NCBI GenBank assembly: GCA_965217775.1
Contig: CBDCJH010000002.1
Location: 2,752,001 to 2,816,000, forward strand
DNA from: Acidobacteriota bacterium
Lineage (GTDB): Bacteria > Acidobacteriota > UBA6911 > RPQK01 > JAJDTT01
DNA length: 64,000 nucleotides
Direction: 5' to 3'
Shown: positions 18,085-28,104 of the stretch, one piece after another
Position numbering within the stretch: position 1 is the first letter of the stretch
Layout of the letters: each line of letters starts with the position of its first letter
The notes under the pieces: model-generated
Told to the model about the DNA's origin: nothing
Databases searched by the model: none
Seen by the model: only the letters and a program-made list of their open reading frames with translations
Position numbers and translations under genes: made by a program

Positions 18085-19497
18085 ATGTCAGGAGCAGCAG
18101 GATTGCTGAGCAGACCTTCTATTGCGATCGCTCTCGCACTTACGCTGGCTTGTGCCGCGTGCGGTGAACCAGCCGAGGTGCTTGTGGGCGAGCGGCTTCT
18201 TGTCCTGGAAGGAGCCACTCTGATTGACGGCACCGGCACCGAACCGCGCGAGGACAGTGCCATCGTGGTGGACGGCGACCGAATCCTCAGGGTCGGCAAC
18301 ACCGGTGAATTCCATTTCCCCGACACGGCACGACGAAGAGAGGTTTCGGGCCACTTCGTGCTTCCAGGATTCATCGACATGCATGTCCATGTTCACCCCG
18401 AGGCTCGGATCGAGACCGTGGAGGCGTTGCTCGAGTTCGGAGTGACCACGATACGCAGCCCGGGCGCCGCTCAAAGCGCCGGCGTCGAGCTCCGGGATCA
18501 GATCGAGGCGGGCCAGGTTCGCGGTCCGCGGATGATTAGCGGCGCCGCTTTCATCAACGGGTCTCCTCGATTCGATTGGACGGTAGCCGTGGAGACGCCG
18601 GATGAGATCCGGGACGTGGTTCGACAACAGGCTGCGGCGGGCGCAGACATGATCAAGCTGTACTGGGACGTGACCCCGGAGCTGATGGCCGCTGCCATCG
18701 AAGAGGCCCACAGGCTGGGTCTGACGGTCGCCGGCCACCTTCGGGCAACGAGCTGGACCCAGGCGGCGCGAATGGGAATCGACGCCTTGCTCCACAGCGG
18801 CGCGGAAGGGCCGACCTGGGAGCTGGTCCCCGAAAGGTACCGGGCCCTACTGCGGGCACTACCCTATCGGGAGTTCTACGCCCGTTGGATCGAGTTGGTG
18901 GAGCTGGACGGCGAACTGATGAGCTCCTTGATCGCCGCTCTCGTTGCCAACAACGTGACGGTCGACCCGACTCTGGTCGCGATGGAAAGCCTCCACTTCG
19001 GTGACGACCCTAAGGTTCTCGAACGGCTCGAGCCTCAGCGGGCTCCGCCCGCGGTCGTCTCGCTTTGGGGTCCGGATTGGCAGGAGCGAAACCCGTTCGT
19101 CTTCACCAACCCGATGGGAGTCGTGCGGAACCTCACGTCCGGCAAGGACGTATTCCCCGTCGCACTCCAGATCGTGCGGAGGCTTCACGAGGGGGGAGTG
19201 AGGCTGACTGCAGGAACCGACGTGGGAACGCCCTGGATCACGCCGGGCGTGAGCCTGCATCGGGAGCTGGAGCTTCTGGTTCAGGCCGGCATCGACGAGG
19301 CTGACGTGATCGTCACGGCGACCCGAAACGGCGCCGAGGGCCTGGGTCTGGAGGACAGGCTCGGAACCGTCGAAGCCGGGAACCTGGCCGACCTGGTCGT
19401 ACTCTCGGCGGATCCGCTGTCGGACATCCGCAACACCCGTTCGGTGACCTCCGTTTACAAGGCCGGCGAACTCGTGTATCCGGCCGCGCCACCTTGA
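18085..19497 (+). CDS. Amidohydrolase-family lipoprotein (copy 2)
   Basis: Diverged paralogue of 11476-12891. Confidence 0.9.
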   Translation: MSGAAGLLSRPSIAIALALTLACAACGEPAEVLVGERLLVLEGATLIDGTGTEPREDSAIVVDGDRILRVGNTGEFHFPDTARRREVSGHFVLPGFIDMHVHVHPEARIETVEALLEFGVTTIRSPGAAQSAGVELRDQIEAGQVRGPRMISGAAFINGSPRFDWTVAVETPDEIRDVVRQQAAAGADMIKLYWDVTPELMAAAIEEAHRLGLTVAGHLRATSWTQAARMGIDALLHSGAEGPTWELVPERYRALLRALPYREFYARWIELVELDGELMSSLIAALVANNVTVDPTLVAMESLHFGDDPKVLERLEPQRAPPAVVSLWGPDWQERNPFVFTNPMGVVRNLTSGKDVFPVALQIVRRLHEGGVRLTAGTDVGTPWITPGVSLHRELELLVQAGIDEADVIVTATRNGAEGLGLEDRLGTVEAGNLADLVVLSADPLSDIRNTRSVTSVYKAGELVYPAAPP

Positions 19498-19595
19498 AAC
19501 GGGCGCTTATGGTGACACCCGGTAGAAAAAGGGCAAGCGGCGGTTTCCAACCGCCGAACTCCGGTGGAGCATTGAGGAATGGGCGACTGGAAGTC

Positions 19596-19616
19596 CGTTG
19601 CTCCGTCCAACTGAGA
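19596..19616 (-). other. tRNA 5'-half remnant in the att junction
   Basis: Minus strand TCTCAGTTGGACGGAGCAACG followed by GACTTCCAGTC; homologous to 1628-1659. Confidence 0.75.
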
Positions 19617-19728
19617 TAAGGTATAGATCCTTTATTTTCAACAGTTTATCCCATTTCTTAGGTCTAATCACTTTCCCTTTTTTGCTGCCCGTTGCCGGTT
19701 TGTTGCCTGTTGCGTTTGTGAGTCTTCG

Positions 19729-20562
19729 TTAGCCTGTGCCTCCCGAATGCTCTGGAGCGCATGCGAACTGACGTACCCCGCATACCGCATCGTCGTGCTG
19801 ATCGCCGAGTGCCCCATCAACTTCTGCACCGTTCTCACGTCCACCCCCTAGCATCAGCCAATGGCAGCAGAGGAATCGTCTCAGATCGGGAAAACCGACT
19901 TTCAACCCCACCTTCTCGGCAGCGCGACGCAACAGTTTGTCGGGAGTCACCCATCTCGTTCCCGTCCGGCTGTTGACGAAGACGTGTGGCGTGTTCAGGT
20001 AGCGAACCAGCCCGACCAGGTCGCGGAACTGCTGAACCGTTAGAGGCTGGAAGGCCTTCTTCGGCTCCTTCAGTTTGGGAAACCGCACCAGCGGGTGCGT
20101 ATCGATCTCCCCACACTCCAGCGCGTAGCAAAACAGCTTGCTGATGGCGGCGATGGCGCGGTTCACCGTGGCCAGTTTGACCTGTTTCTTTCTCTGGGCG
20201 ACGTAGCGGTGCAGGTCTTTGCGTTGGAACTCCTTCAGGGAAATGTTGCCCAGCACGGCGTTGAGCCTCTTGAACGAGAGCGAATAGCGGCGCAAGGAGC
20301 GCAATCGAGGTTTGCAATACTCCTCGATAAATCGCTCGTAGAAACTCCGGACCGTCCAGATCGTGCGGTTTCCTCCGGCGAATTCCCGCTTGAGCTGCTT
20401 CCAGGTGCCGTCCAGGATGCTGGACTCCACCCGAGTTTGGAGCGCCTGTGCGCTCCGGTAGTTGGGGGCGTACTTTCTGAGCCGACGGGATCCGTTCGGC
20501 CAGTACTTGCTGACGACGTATCGTCTCCTCCCCTGGCGATCCTTCACCTTATAGATGCCCAT
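19729..20562 (-). pseudogene. int: Tyrosine integrase (element copy 2), inactivated
   Basis: Arm-binding-like N-terminus; ATVNRAIAAISKLF; Box I deleted; PDLRR in place of HxLR; frameshift before VQKLMGHSAISTTMRY. Confidence 0.85.
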
Positions 20563-20955
20563 GCATCTCCTCCTTTCTGGATCCGGGTTCTTCGCCGTGG
20601 GGCGAATCGTACCAAGGCTCCAGAGAGAAACGGCGAATCTCTATTCTTTCCTGCGGGAAGTCCGTTAATTTCGGCTAACGGACAGACGAGGACGCCGGGC
20701 CCGGACCTTCACCACGAGGCCAGGCGAGACGCGCCCGATCCCCAAGCAGAAGTCTGCCCAAGCGGGCGCGCCCCACCAGGGGAGCGGGACCCGGTATCCT
20801 TCTTGAAAAGAAAACCCTTTGCAAAATCAGTTGGTGGACCTGCAGTCCGGGCGACGGTCGGGCCGCCGGCATCCTCCAGATCCGGTGCCGGGACCCCGGC
20901 GGCTGGCTTTTTTCTCGAGGAGTCGGCTTCGTAGTCTCCGAGGGAAGGAGATGCC

Positions 20956-22080
20956 ATGAGAATGAGAAACGGCGGCTGCGGCCTCCGAGGAGTTAGGGAA
21001 GCGGGTCTGGTGGCGCTTTTGTTGGTCTCGGCAACGGCTGTGAATGGACAATGGCTGTCCGTTTCGGATTTCGAGCGCTTCCAATTTTACAACGCCTGTC
21101 GCCCCATGGGACTGAGGAGTCACAGCGGCGGGTCGATCGATGCCGGCGCGGATGCCGGCACGTTGGAACATGAGGACGGACGGCCAGGAATGAATCTGGA
21201 TCCCATTGTGGACGTCGCCAAAAGCCGCTTGCGCGCAGAGCGCCTCTACTCATTGTTGGAAAGCGAGTCGAACGGGGCGGCCCTGGTGGTTTCCGTCGAT
21301 GTCAGGGCAGTTTCCCGCGACCTCGTGGCGTATGCCATCGGTCTCGAATACCACAAGCTCGTCACCGATGCCGCCAGCGGACTGGAGAAACTGACGGCCA
21401 CGTGGCGCAACAACTCGATCGTGTGCTGCGACCCCCTCGATCCCGAAAGCATCAGCGAACATCTCGCCCGCGGCCACCTCGATTTCTTCCTGGAGAAGTA
21501 CCGGCAAGTGAACGAGGAGGATTGCCGCCCGCCCTCATTGACGGCCACTGGACGGCTTTCCTGTGCTGGACAGTGGAGCGGCACGGAGTGCTGGATGGAG
21601 TTGTCCAACGTGCCCGGGTGCTACGTCTGGAGTGCTGCTCGCCTGCCGGAGCAGACTGTGACCTGGACGGGCGAGTGTGGCGGGGAACTCGCCCAAGCTC
21701 AGGGAACCCTCAAATGGGCCTGGGATCGGGGCCGGGGCGAGGAGACCGCCGAAGAGACCGGGCATCTGCGGGCCGGCAAGAAGTGGCGCGGCCAGTGGAT
21801 CAGGCGCTACGGGAACGGAACCGTCCACGAAGGGGAGGTTGTAGAGGGGAAGCGGCACGGACGGTGGGTCATTCGACGTGCGGATGGAGCCGTCGTCGAA
21901 GGCTCGTATGTGGAGGGCAAGCGGCACGGCCAGTGGGTCACTCGGCACAAGTCCGGCAAGCGAGAAGTGGTCACCTACAAACACGGCTGGCAAGGCAAAT
22001 CGACCAAGATTCCTGATGAGGACCCCAAAGAGGTCGAAGTCGATGAGAACACGCCGAGGGACGTGGATGGGGATAGGTGA
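20956..22080 (+). CDS. Secreted protein with MORN-like C-terminal repeats
   Basis: Signal peptide; repeated EG.(V/Y)VEGKRHG.W motifs; TWTGEC motif. Confidence 0.75.
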   Translation: MRMRNGGCGLRGVREAGLVALLLVSATAVNGQWLSVSDFERFQFYNACRPMGLRSHSGGSIDAGADAGTLEHEDGRPGMNLDPIVDVAKSRLRAERLYSLLESESNGAALVVSVDVRAVSRDLVAYAIGLEYHKLVTDAASGLEKLTATWRNNSIVCCDPLDPESISEHLARGHLDFFLEKYRQVNEEDCRPPSLTATGRLSCAGQWSGTECWMELSNVPGCYVWSAARLPEQTVTWTGECGGELAQAQGTLKWAWDRGRGEETAEETGHLRAGKKWRGQWIRRYGNGTVHEGEVVEGKRHGRWVIRRADGAVVEGSYVEGKRHGQWVTRHKSGKREVVTYKHGWQGKSTKIPDEDPKEVEVDENTPRDVDGDR

Positions 22081-22099
22081 GGGGAAGAGGAAGGGAGTG

Positions 22100-22196
22100 G
22101 CGCGATTTTATGAAGTCCTTCTTGTCCAAGAGCTCCATCGCATTTTCGAAGAGGGCCTTGTCCGGTGCGATGGTCTCCTCCCGGAGTTCCGCCCCC
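22100..22196 (-). pseudogene. Possible bamD N-terminal fragment
   Basis: PDKALFENAMELLDKKDFIKSR resembles the first BamD TPR (recalled, not searched). Confidence 0.4.
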
Positions 22197-22315
22197 TGTG
22201 GCTCAAGCGGCGTCTGAGGGCCGCCAGCTTGCCGGAGATTATCTCGCCGCACTCGTTCCACGTGTTGGTGGTCACGGATCAGCTCAGCCAGAACCTGCTG
22301 CTTGAGGACATCTAA
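22197..22315 (+). pseudogene. XerC/D-like recombinase C-terminal fragment
   Basis: LKRRLRAASLPEIISPHSFHV...LLLEDI; homologous to 25023-25100. Confidence 0.7.
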
Positions 22316-22585
22316 TACCTAGGAGCCTGCGCGGCAGAAATTAATCTACTGCGAAAGCGTAGAATCGGTCCATATTTCCCCGATTTCTCGGCGAATAGAA
22401 CAACTATGCACCTCCAAATCGTGAAAATCTGGCCTCGATTCTCCACTTTCTCGCTACGATCATTTCTACCGCGCAGACTCCAAGCCAACCACGCTTGCCC
22501 CCGATCCACTCTGAAGTCTTTGTACAGACCGCAGAGGGAGGGGGAGGTGGGACCATGTTTGCTACAATTCGGTTAAATCATTCCG

Positions 22586-23116
22586 GTGAACCGATCCAAT
22601 GAAGGGGGCGAAGTTCGATCCGTGAAAAAGTCCTCTGTCGAGATCTATGGGTTGGCCGTCTGCTTCGTTACGCTACTTTGTTTCATCATCGCCCTGGGAG
22701 TCGGTCTCTATGACCTGCTTCAGCTCGCCTACCCCGAGTTCACCCTGAATGCTTACGAGTACGAACGGCACCGGTCCAATGACTCATTCCGCGATTCACC
22801 TCGATCTGTGTCCTACGTTCAATGGTCGACTCCACCTGTCCGTGGGACAAGCCCGGACGATGGAAAAACCTATAGGGTCACTCACAGAGGAGTTCCAACG
22901 GTGCCGCAAGGAGGGCCGGAAATTACCGAGGATGAGACCACTCGAAGGCGGAAGGAGAGCTACCGTAGCGTGCTCCGAGTCGAACGCAGACACGCCCGCC
23001 AAAGTCTGGCGTTGGTGGGCATCGTGATGTTGATCGACGTTCTGGTTTTCCTTCCGCACTGGATCTTGGCGCGGCGACCAAGGGTATCGAGATATGACGG
23101 CAGACGTGTCCCGTAG
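22586..23116 (+). CDS. Hypothetical two-TM membrane protein
   Basis: EIYGLAVCFVTLLC...YPEFTL and a C-terminal TM ending in HW. Confidence 0.7.
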   Translation: MNRSNEGGEVRSVKKSSVEIYGLAVCFVTLLCFIIALGVGLYDLLQLAYPEFTLNAYEYERHRSNDSFRDSPRSVSYVQWSTPPVRGTSPDDGKTYRVTHRGVPTVPQGGPEITEDETTRRRKESYRSVLRVERRHARQSLALVGIVMLIDVLVFLPHWILARRPRVSRYDGRRVP

Positions 23117-23690
23117 CTTGATGTTTTTGCTGTTGTTCGGCGCGACGAGCGCCTCGGTTCACAATCAGGACCGCTGGAACGTCGCGGACGAGGAGATCGT
23201 GCGCTTGGCGCCCGCAGCATTCGAGGAGGTTCCACCGGCCATTCGGAAGACACTTTCCGACCAAGGCTGCTCGATCCCTCAGACCTGGGGCAACACAGGT
23301 CCGGGCTCGATCCCTCCGCCCTACGACCGGCCTCACAACGTCGTCTCAGGCGAGTTCATGGAAGCCGGACGAACGCAGTGGGCCGCGCTCTGCTCTCGGA
23401 ATCGATCATCAGCGATTGTTGTGATTGATAAGAACGGCCGAATCCGGGCCGAATTCGCATCCGCCCCGGACAGGAGTTATTTGCAAGGTATCGGGGGCGA
23501 AAAGATCGGCTATTCGCGTGCGTTGAGCCCGGCCGGGGCTGATTACATCCTGTCAGTCTACCAGGCCTACGGAGGACCGAAGCCGCCACCGATCGAGCAT
23601 CAAGGCATCGATGATGCCTTTCTTGAAAAGGCCTCCACGGTGCACTACTTCCACGAAGGAATGTGGCTGCGGTTGACTGGTGCGGACTGA
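23094..23690 (+). CDS. Hypothetical secreted protein
   Basis: Signal peptide; overlaps the upstream gene. Confidence 0.7.
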   Translation: MTADVSRSLMFLLLFGATSASVHNQDRWNVADEEIVRLAPAAFEEVPPAIRKTLSDQGCSIPQTWGNTGPGSIPPPYDRPHNVVSGEFMEAGRTQWAALCSRNRSSAIVVIDKNGRIRAEFASAPDRSYLQGIGGEKIGYSRALSPAGADYILSVYQAYGGPKPPPIEHQGIDDAFLEKASTVHYFHEGMWLRLTGAD

Positions 23691-23835
23691 GCCAGCGAGA
23701 CATCCCCTTTCCCGCCCCGTTGAACTGGCCGGGCGCTCCATTCGAGATCACGACTCGCCAGGACGACTCTTGGACATCGCGTGCCTGCGAACTCTATTCT
23801 GGAGTTTGTCCCCGGGAAGGGACTGTCTCATGGCA

Positions 23836-23873
23836 CACTCGTCGTTATGTTGAATGCCACATAACGACGAGTG
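23836..23873. repeat. Perfect 15-bp inverted repeat with TTATGT/ACATAA cores
   Basis: CACTCGTCGTTATGT-8 nt-ACATAACGACGAGTG. Confidence 0.85.
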
Positions 23874-24190
23874 GGTCAGGGTTCGAGCGTTGCCCTGCGG
23901 TGCTGGCCAAAGATAGACACAGCGCAAACACCATGTGTTCCGAACCTGGGGAACAAGAGAAAATGGGAAGAGTGAGTCAGCTTTCGAGAGCCGATGCTAC
24001 TGCCTGTTTGTTGCCTGTTCAGGATGTCGAACGTTGGGAGTCAACCACTTGACCGATTCGGCCACGAATCCGGTAAATGAATGAAAACGTTAACCTTCGG
24101 TAGTTATTGACTGTGGGGCAGTCGGGACTGGAAGTCGCCCCTCGTAGCCAAGGCACCGACCCATAGTCCGAAGCTGACGGCGTCGCTGCT

Positions 24191-24748
24191 CTACGGTTGT
24201 AGCTTCGCAATCGGGATCCGCAGGAAGAACACGCCCGGTCCTCCCTCCTGATCTTTGTCGATGTCGTAAAAAACCACGCCGATCGTCTTGTCGTCGAGTT
24301 GCACTGTTCGGGGACAGGCCCGGCCGTGGATCGCCCGGCCCGGGTTGTAGTACTCGAACACGCCATCCCATGTCTGCCCGTCGTCGTATGAGATGCGATA
24401 GCGGATGCGCTCCCCGCCAAAGCCGGGTCCAAGAATCTCCGAGGCCAGCAGCCAGCCGTTTTTCAGACCGACCATTTCGTGCCGCCAGCCCTGCGTGCTG
24501 ATGTCCGGAAAGCCGTCGATGGCCTTCCACGTCTTGGCGTTGTCCGTTGATCGGAGGCCGGCACCGCTGACGAACGTGCCTCGCGGAGTCTGCACGATCG
24601 GGATCAACCCGTGATCACGGCCATCGCCGAACGGTGTTGCTTTGGTAGTGACCGGGTCAAACACAAACGTCCGGTCGATCAACGACACGAGCCATTGCCC
24701 TGAGTTCAGTTCGGTAACGGGGTGTCTGATGACGGATCTGACTTCGGG
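24191..24748 (-). pseudogene. 3' part of the sialidase-fold gene (copy 2)
   Basis: Matches 27133-27690; 5' end replaced by a recombinase remnant. Confidence 0.9.
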
Positions 24749-25102
24749 GCGGCACGACTGGGCGGTCCTGGGGACGCTCATCCATACGGGCGCCCGGGTC
24801 GAGGCTGTCTTCCGACTCCGGATCCAGGATCTGCGGGATCACGGCAACCACCGGGTGCTGCAGTTTGCGGAAAAAGGAGGAAAGGTCCGGGAGATCTCCG
24901 TGCACCGCGACCTGGACGAATAGCTCGCTGGCGGGCCCAAGGACTCGGGGCCGTTTCGCGCCGGCCAGGGGCGCGACCGTCCCCTCACCGGTGAGTCCCT
25001 GACGCCTCACGCCCTCGAGCGCATGCTCAGGCGGCGCCTGGCCACCGCCGGGTTGCCGGAGAATCTCTCGTCGCACTCCTTTCGGGTCCTGGTAGTCACA
25101 GA
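24749..25102 (+). pseudogene. XerC/D-like tyrosine recombinase remnant
   Basis: HTGARVEA, EKGGKVREI and LSSHSFRV motifs, with an internal stop and frameshift. Confidence 0.8.
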
Positions 25103-25260
25103 TCCGCACAGATTCAACGGATCCACGCAGATGGCGGTTCACGCTTGTCTTGTCAGACAGTCTTATAGACAGAAGCAGTCGTTTGGATTCAGCGGTGACA
25201 GAGCAAGTCTTTGGATATTTTCAGCATGGCCCCTGAGAAGGCGGAATCGGGAGACTTCGC

Positions 25261-25482
25261 ATGCGTACCATGATCTCCTGCGTGCTCATTTCCCTCTTGT
25301 GCTTGGGGGTCTACGAGGCGTTCCGAAAGTTTCTCTCTCTACAACAAGAGCACGACCTCACGTTGCCAGTGGAATCACATTTCAGAGTAGAGAGTTCTTG
25401 CCGGAAAGGTGTTTTTGTGAGGTCGCCGAGGGATGCAGCCCTCGACGACCTCTTTGCTAACTCGCCCTGTGCTATGAGGTGA
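25261..25482 (+). CDS. Small hypothetical membrane-anchored protein
   Basis: GGAG RBS; hydrophobic N-terminus. Confidence 0.35.
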   Translation: MRTMISCVLISLLCLGVYEAFRKFLSLQQEHDLTLPVESHFRVESSCRKGVFVRSPRDAALDDLFANSPCAMR

Positions 25483-25562
25483 GCCAGTCTAGCGGGGAGT
25501 CTACACTTTTGTGACGACTCCCAACCATTATTGCACAGGGCCTTCACCTAAGGAGGTCCGCC

Positions 25563-26348
25563 ATGCGGCGTGTCTACAACACCAGAGTCGCTTTCGTCGT
25601 GACCAGCCTCATCATCCTGAGTTGTTTCTGGGTATCCGATTCTGTGTGCCGTGCAGGTACGGGCGAACAGGACTTGGCATTTGGAACCTCAGAGTGGTGT
25701 CTGCCCGAGGGGGAAACCAAGTTCCCGCAAGAGTACAGGGGGCTGCTCAATCAGGCTTACAAGTCCCTGCCCGAGTGGTTGAGGTTCCCTTCGGCGTTCC
25801 AGTGCATTGCATTTCTCGAGGTGGATCAAAGTCACAGAGTCGGTTCATATGTCAGAGGGAGTGCCATTCTGTTTACCAGCCGGTGGCCAAAAATTTGGGA
25901 TTCGCTTCCAAGGCATCGGGTCCTGGAAGAGATGAGGACAACCCTGTCCCACGAACTTGGGCACATGCTGCTCAGGGACCTGGAGCGGGAGCGGAGGACA
26001 CAGTATTTCCGGTTGTCGTGGCAGCCGGATCTTTCACGGATCTCTTCCCCACACGATGGTTACCCCTACACCTGGGTGGCCAAAAAGGGATCGTGTTTCG
26101 TCGGCAGAACGGCCGCGAGTCCGACAGCATACTCCAGGACCAATCCGGGAGAAGACTGGTCCGTGACCGTACAGGTTTTCGTGACGGACCGGAGGCGGTT
26201 GCAAATAACATGTCCTGAAAAGTTTGAGGCCATGCGCCAGATTGAGCGGGAATGGCAGAGTGCCGGCAAGCGAGGCGGGACTGGCGAGGTCAATCTGGAC
26301 CGTGGACCGGTTGCTTCCAAGTTAGAGGCAGATTTCCCGCCACAATAA
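25563..26348 (+). CDS. Secreted zincin-like metalloprotease
   Basis: AAGGAGG RBS; HELGH and YSRTNPGEDWS motifs. Confidence 0.75.
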   Translation: MRRVYNTRVAFVVTSLIILSCFWVSDSVCRAGTGEQDLAFGTSEWCLPEGETKFPQEYRGLLNQAYKSLPEWLRFPSAFQCIAFLEVDQSHRVGSYVRGSAILFTSRWPKIWDSLPRHRVLEEMRTTLSHELGHMLLRDLERERRTQYFRLSWQPDLSRISSPHDGYPYTWVAKKGSCFVGRTAASPTAYSRTNPGEDWSVTVQVFVTDRRRLQITCPEKFEAMRQIEREWQSAGKRGGTGEVNLDRGPVASKLEADFPPQ

Positions 26349-26573
26349 TGCGAGTGCTGACAATTAGCGTATTTGTGAATCACCGGGACCGCCATTTGTG
26401 AATCCACCCGGCTTGTACGTTACCGCGATCCAGTGGAGGAAAAGGCTCCACCACAGAGGAGACGATGCAGAATCACGTGAGACAATCGTAGCAAGATACT
26501 GAGAAATTTCGCCTTGGCACGCATCCAAGTCTATGGTGACCACAATTTTCAGGGTGAACGGATCGGAGGAACC

Positions 26574-26846
26574 ATGATCTCAAAACACAAAGCAATATTG
26601 GTTGACTGGTACAGCCGGGTCGTGTTTGGAGTGATTGCGCTATCGCTCGCAATGCTGGCGGGCCAAGGGGCGTGTTCGATGGAACCGGTCGCGCGCGCGC
26701 AGTCCGGACCATGTGGGCCACCCGATCAACCGTGCTTTGTTCGGATCCTGGCTCTTGAAGATATGATCCAGGTTGATCAAACGTACCGACAACAACCCAG
26801 GTTGAGAGTGCACGTGGTCAATCGGGTGAATACTTCTTCTAAGTAG
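26574..26846 (+). CDS. Small hypothetical exported protein
   Basis: GGAGG RBS; one TM segment. Confidence 0.5.
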   Translation: MISKHKAILVDWYSRVVFGVIALSLAMLAGQGACSMEPVARAQSGPCGPPDQPCFVRILALEDMIQVDQTYRQQPRLRVHVVNRVNTSSK

Positions 26847-26961
26847 AATCAGGGAGTCGGGCGCAGGGTATAGCCTCCGATAAAGGGAACTATGCGGGTC
26901 TGTCCGGTAAGGCGGATCGGAAACGAGGAAGGGTGTGTCGGCGTTCAGGAACCGATTCTGC

Positions 26962-27107
26962 TGCCTGTTTGTTGCCTGTTCAGAACGTCAAACATAGCGA
27001 GTCAACTACTTTACCGATTTGGCGAAGAACCCGGACAACATTGAAAACGTTAACGTTCGGTAGTTGTTGACTGTGGCACAGTCGGGAAGGAAAGTCCCCC
27101 CCTCCTA
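26962..27107. mobile_element. Right end (att junction) of a third REP-targeting element
   Basis: About 135 bp homologous to 24001-24136, fused to the half REP GTCCCCCCCTCCTA. Confidence 0.8.
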
Positions 27108-27132
27108 ACCCGATGCTGACGGTGTCGCTGCT

Positions 27133-28104
27133 CTACGGCTCCAGCTTCACAATCGGGATTCGCAGGAAGAACACACCCGGTCCTCCCTCCTGATCTTTGT
27201 CGATGTCGTAAAAGACCACGCCGATTGTCTTGTCGTCGAGCTGCACTGTTCGGGGACAGGCCCGGCCGTTGATCGCCCGGCCAGGGTTGTAGTACTCAAA
27301 CACGCCATCCCATGTCTGCCCGTCGTCGTATGAGATGCGATAGCGGATGCGCTCACCGCCAAAGCCTGGTCCGAGAATCTCCGACGCCAGCAGCCAGCCG
27401 TTTTTCAGACCGACCATTTCGTGCCGCCAGCCCTGCGTGCTGATGTCGGGAAAGCCGTCGATGGCCTTCCACGTCTTGCCGTTGTCCGTTGATCGGAGGC
27501 CGGCACCGCTGACGAACGTGCCTCGCGGGGTCTGCACGATCGGGATCAACCCGTGATCACGGCCATCGCCGAACGGTGTTGCTTTGGAAGTGGCCGGATC
27601 AAACACAAACGTCCGGTCGATCAACGACGTGAGCCATTGCCCTGAGTTCAGTTCGGTAACGGGGTGCCTGATGACGGATCTGACTTCGGGATCACGCGGG
27701 AATGGTTGCGGGTCGCTCCAGGATACTCCTTCGTCACTCGACAGGGAGTACAAGACAGACCGTGGTTCTTTCTGAGTGACCGGCGTATCCCAGCGGTTCC
27801 AGCAATGCACCAGGCGGCCGTCGCTCAGCGTCGTCAGCGAGCCCGGGTAGTAGGTCTTGTCGACAGTATGGACAAAGGGAACTGGCTCGGACCATGTCAT
27901 TCCTCCGTCCGACGATCGAGTGATGCGCAGGTCCACGTGATTCACTCGCCCGTACGTCACAACGATGGTCCCCGAGCGGGTGACACAGGCCGCCGGGTGA
28001 ATGTGCCCGTCGACCGGGACGGCAATCCGGACCGGTTTCAGTTGATGGTCGCTCGCGACGACCGTTGACACAGCGAATAAAGACAGCACGGCGAGTCGGT
28101 TCAT
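27133..28104 (-). CDS. Secreted sialidase-fold protein (copy 3)
   Basis: Full paralogue of 13045-14019. Confidence 0.85.
   Translation of the reverse strand: MNRLAVLSLFAVSTVVASDHQLKPVRIAVPVDGHIHPAACVTRSGTIVVTYGRVNHVDLRITRSSDGGMTWSEPVPFVHTVDKTYYPGSLTTLSDGRLVHCWNRWDTPVTQKEPRSVLYSLSSDEGVSWSDPQPFPRDPEVRSVIRHPVTELNSGQWLTSLIDRTFVFDPATSKATPFGDGRDHGLIPIVQTPRGTFVSGAGLRSTDNGKTWKAIDGFPDISTQGWRHEMVGLKNGWLLASEILGPGFGGERIRYRISYDDGQTWDGVFEYYNPGRAINGRACPRTVQLDDKTIGVVFYDIDKDQEGGPGVFFLRIPIVKLEP

Larger units (their letters stand above)
19585..24136. mobile_element. Integrative element inserted in a REP hairpin (tyrosine integrase type)
   Basis: 11-bp direct repeat GACTGGAAGTC at 19585-19595 and 24126-24136; integrase at the left end; arm-type repeats at 19691-19711 and 24001-24019. 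Confidence 0.85.

Noticed and set aside
20640-20940. Riboswitch upstream of the MORN-like gene
   Set aside because: GC-rich hairpins and a T tract are present, but I recognise no aptamer consensus.
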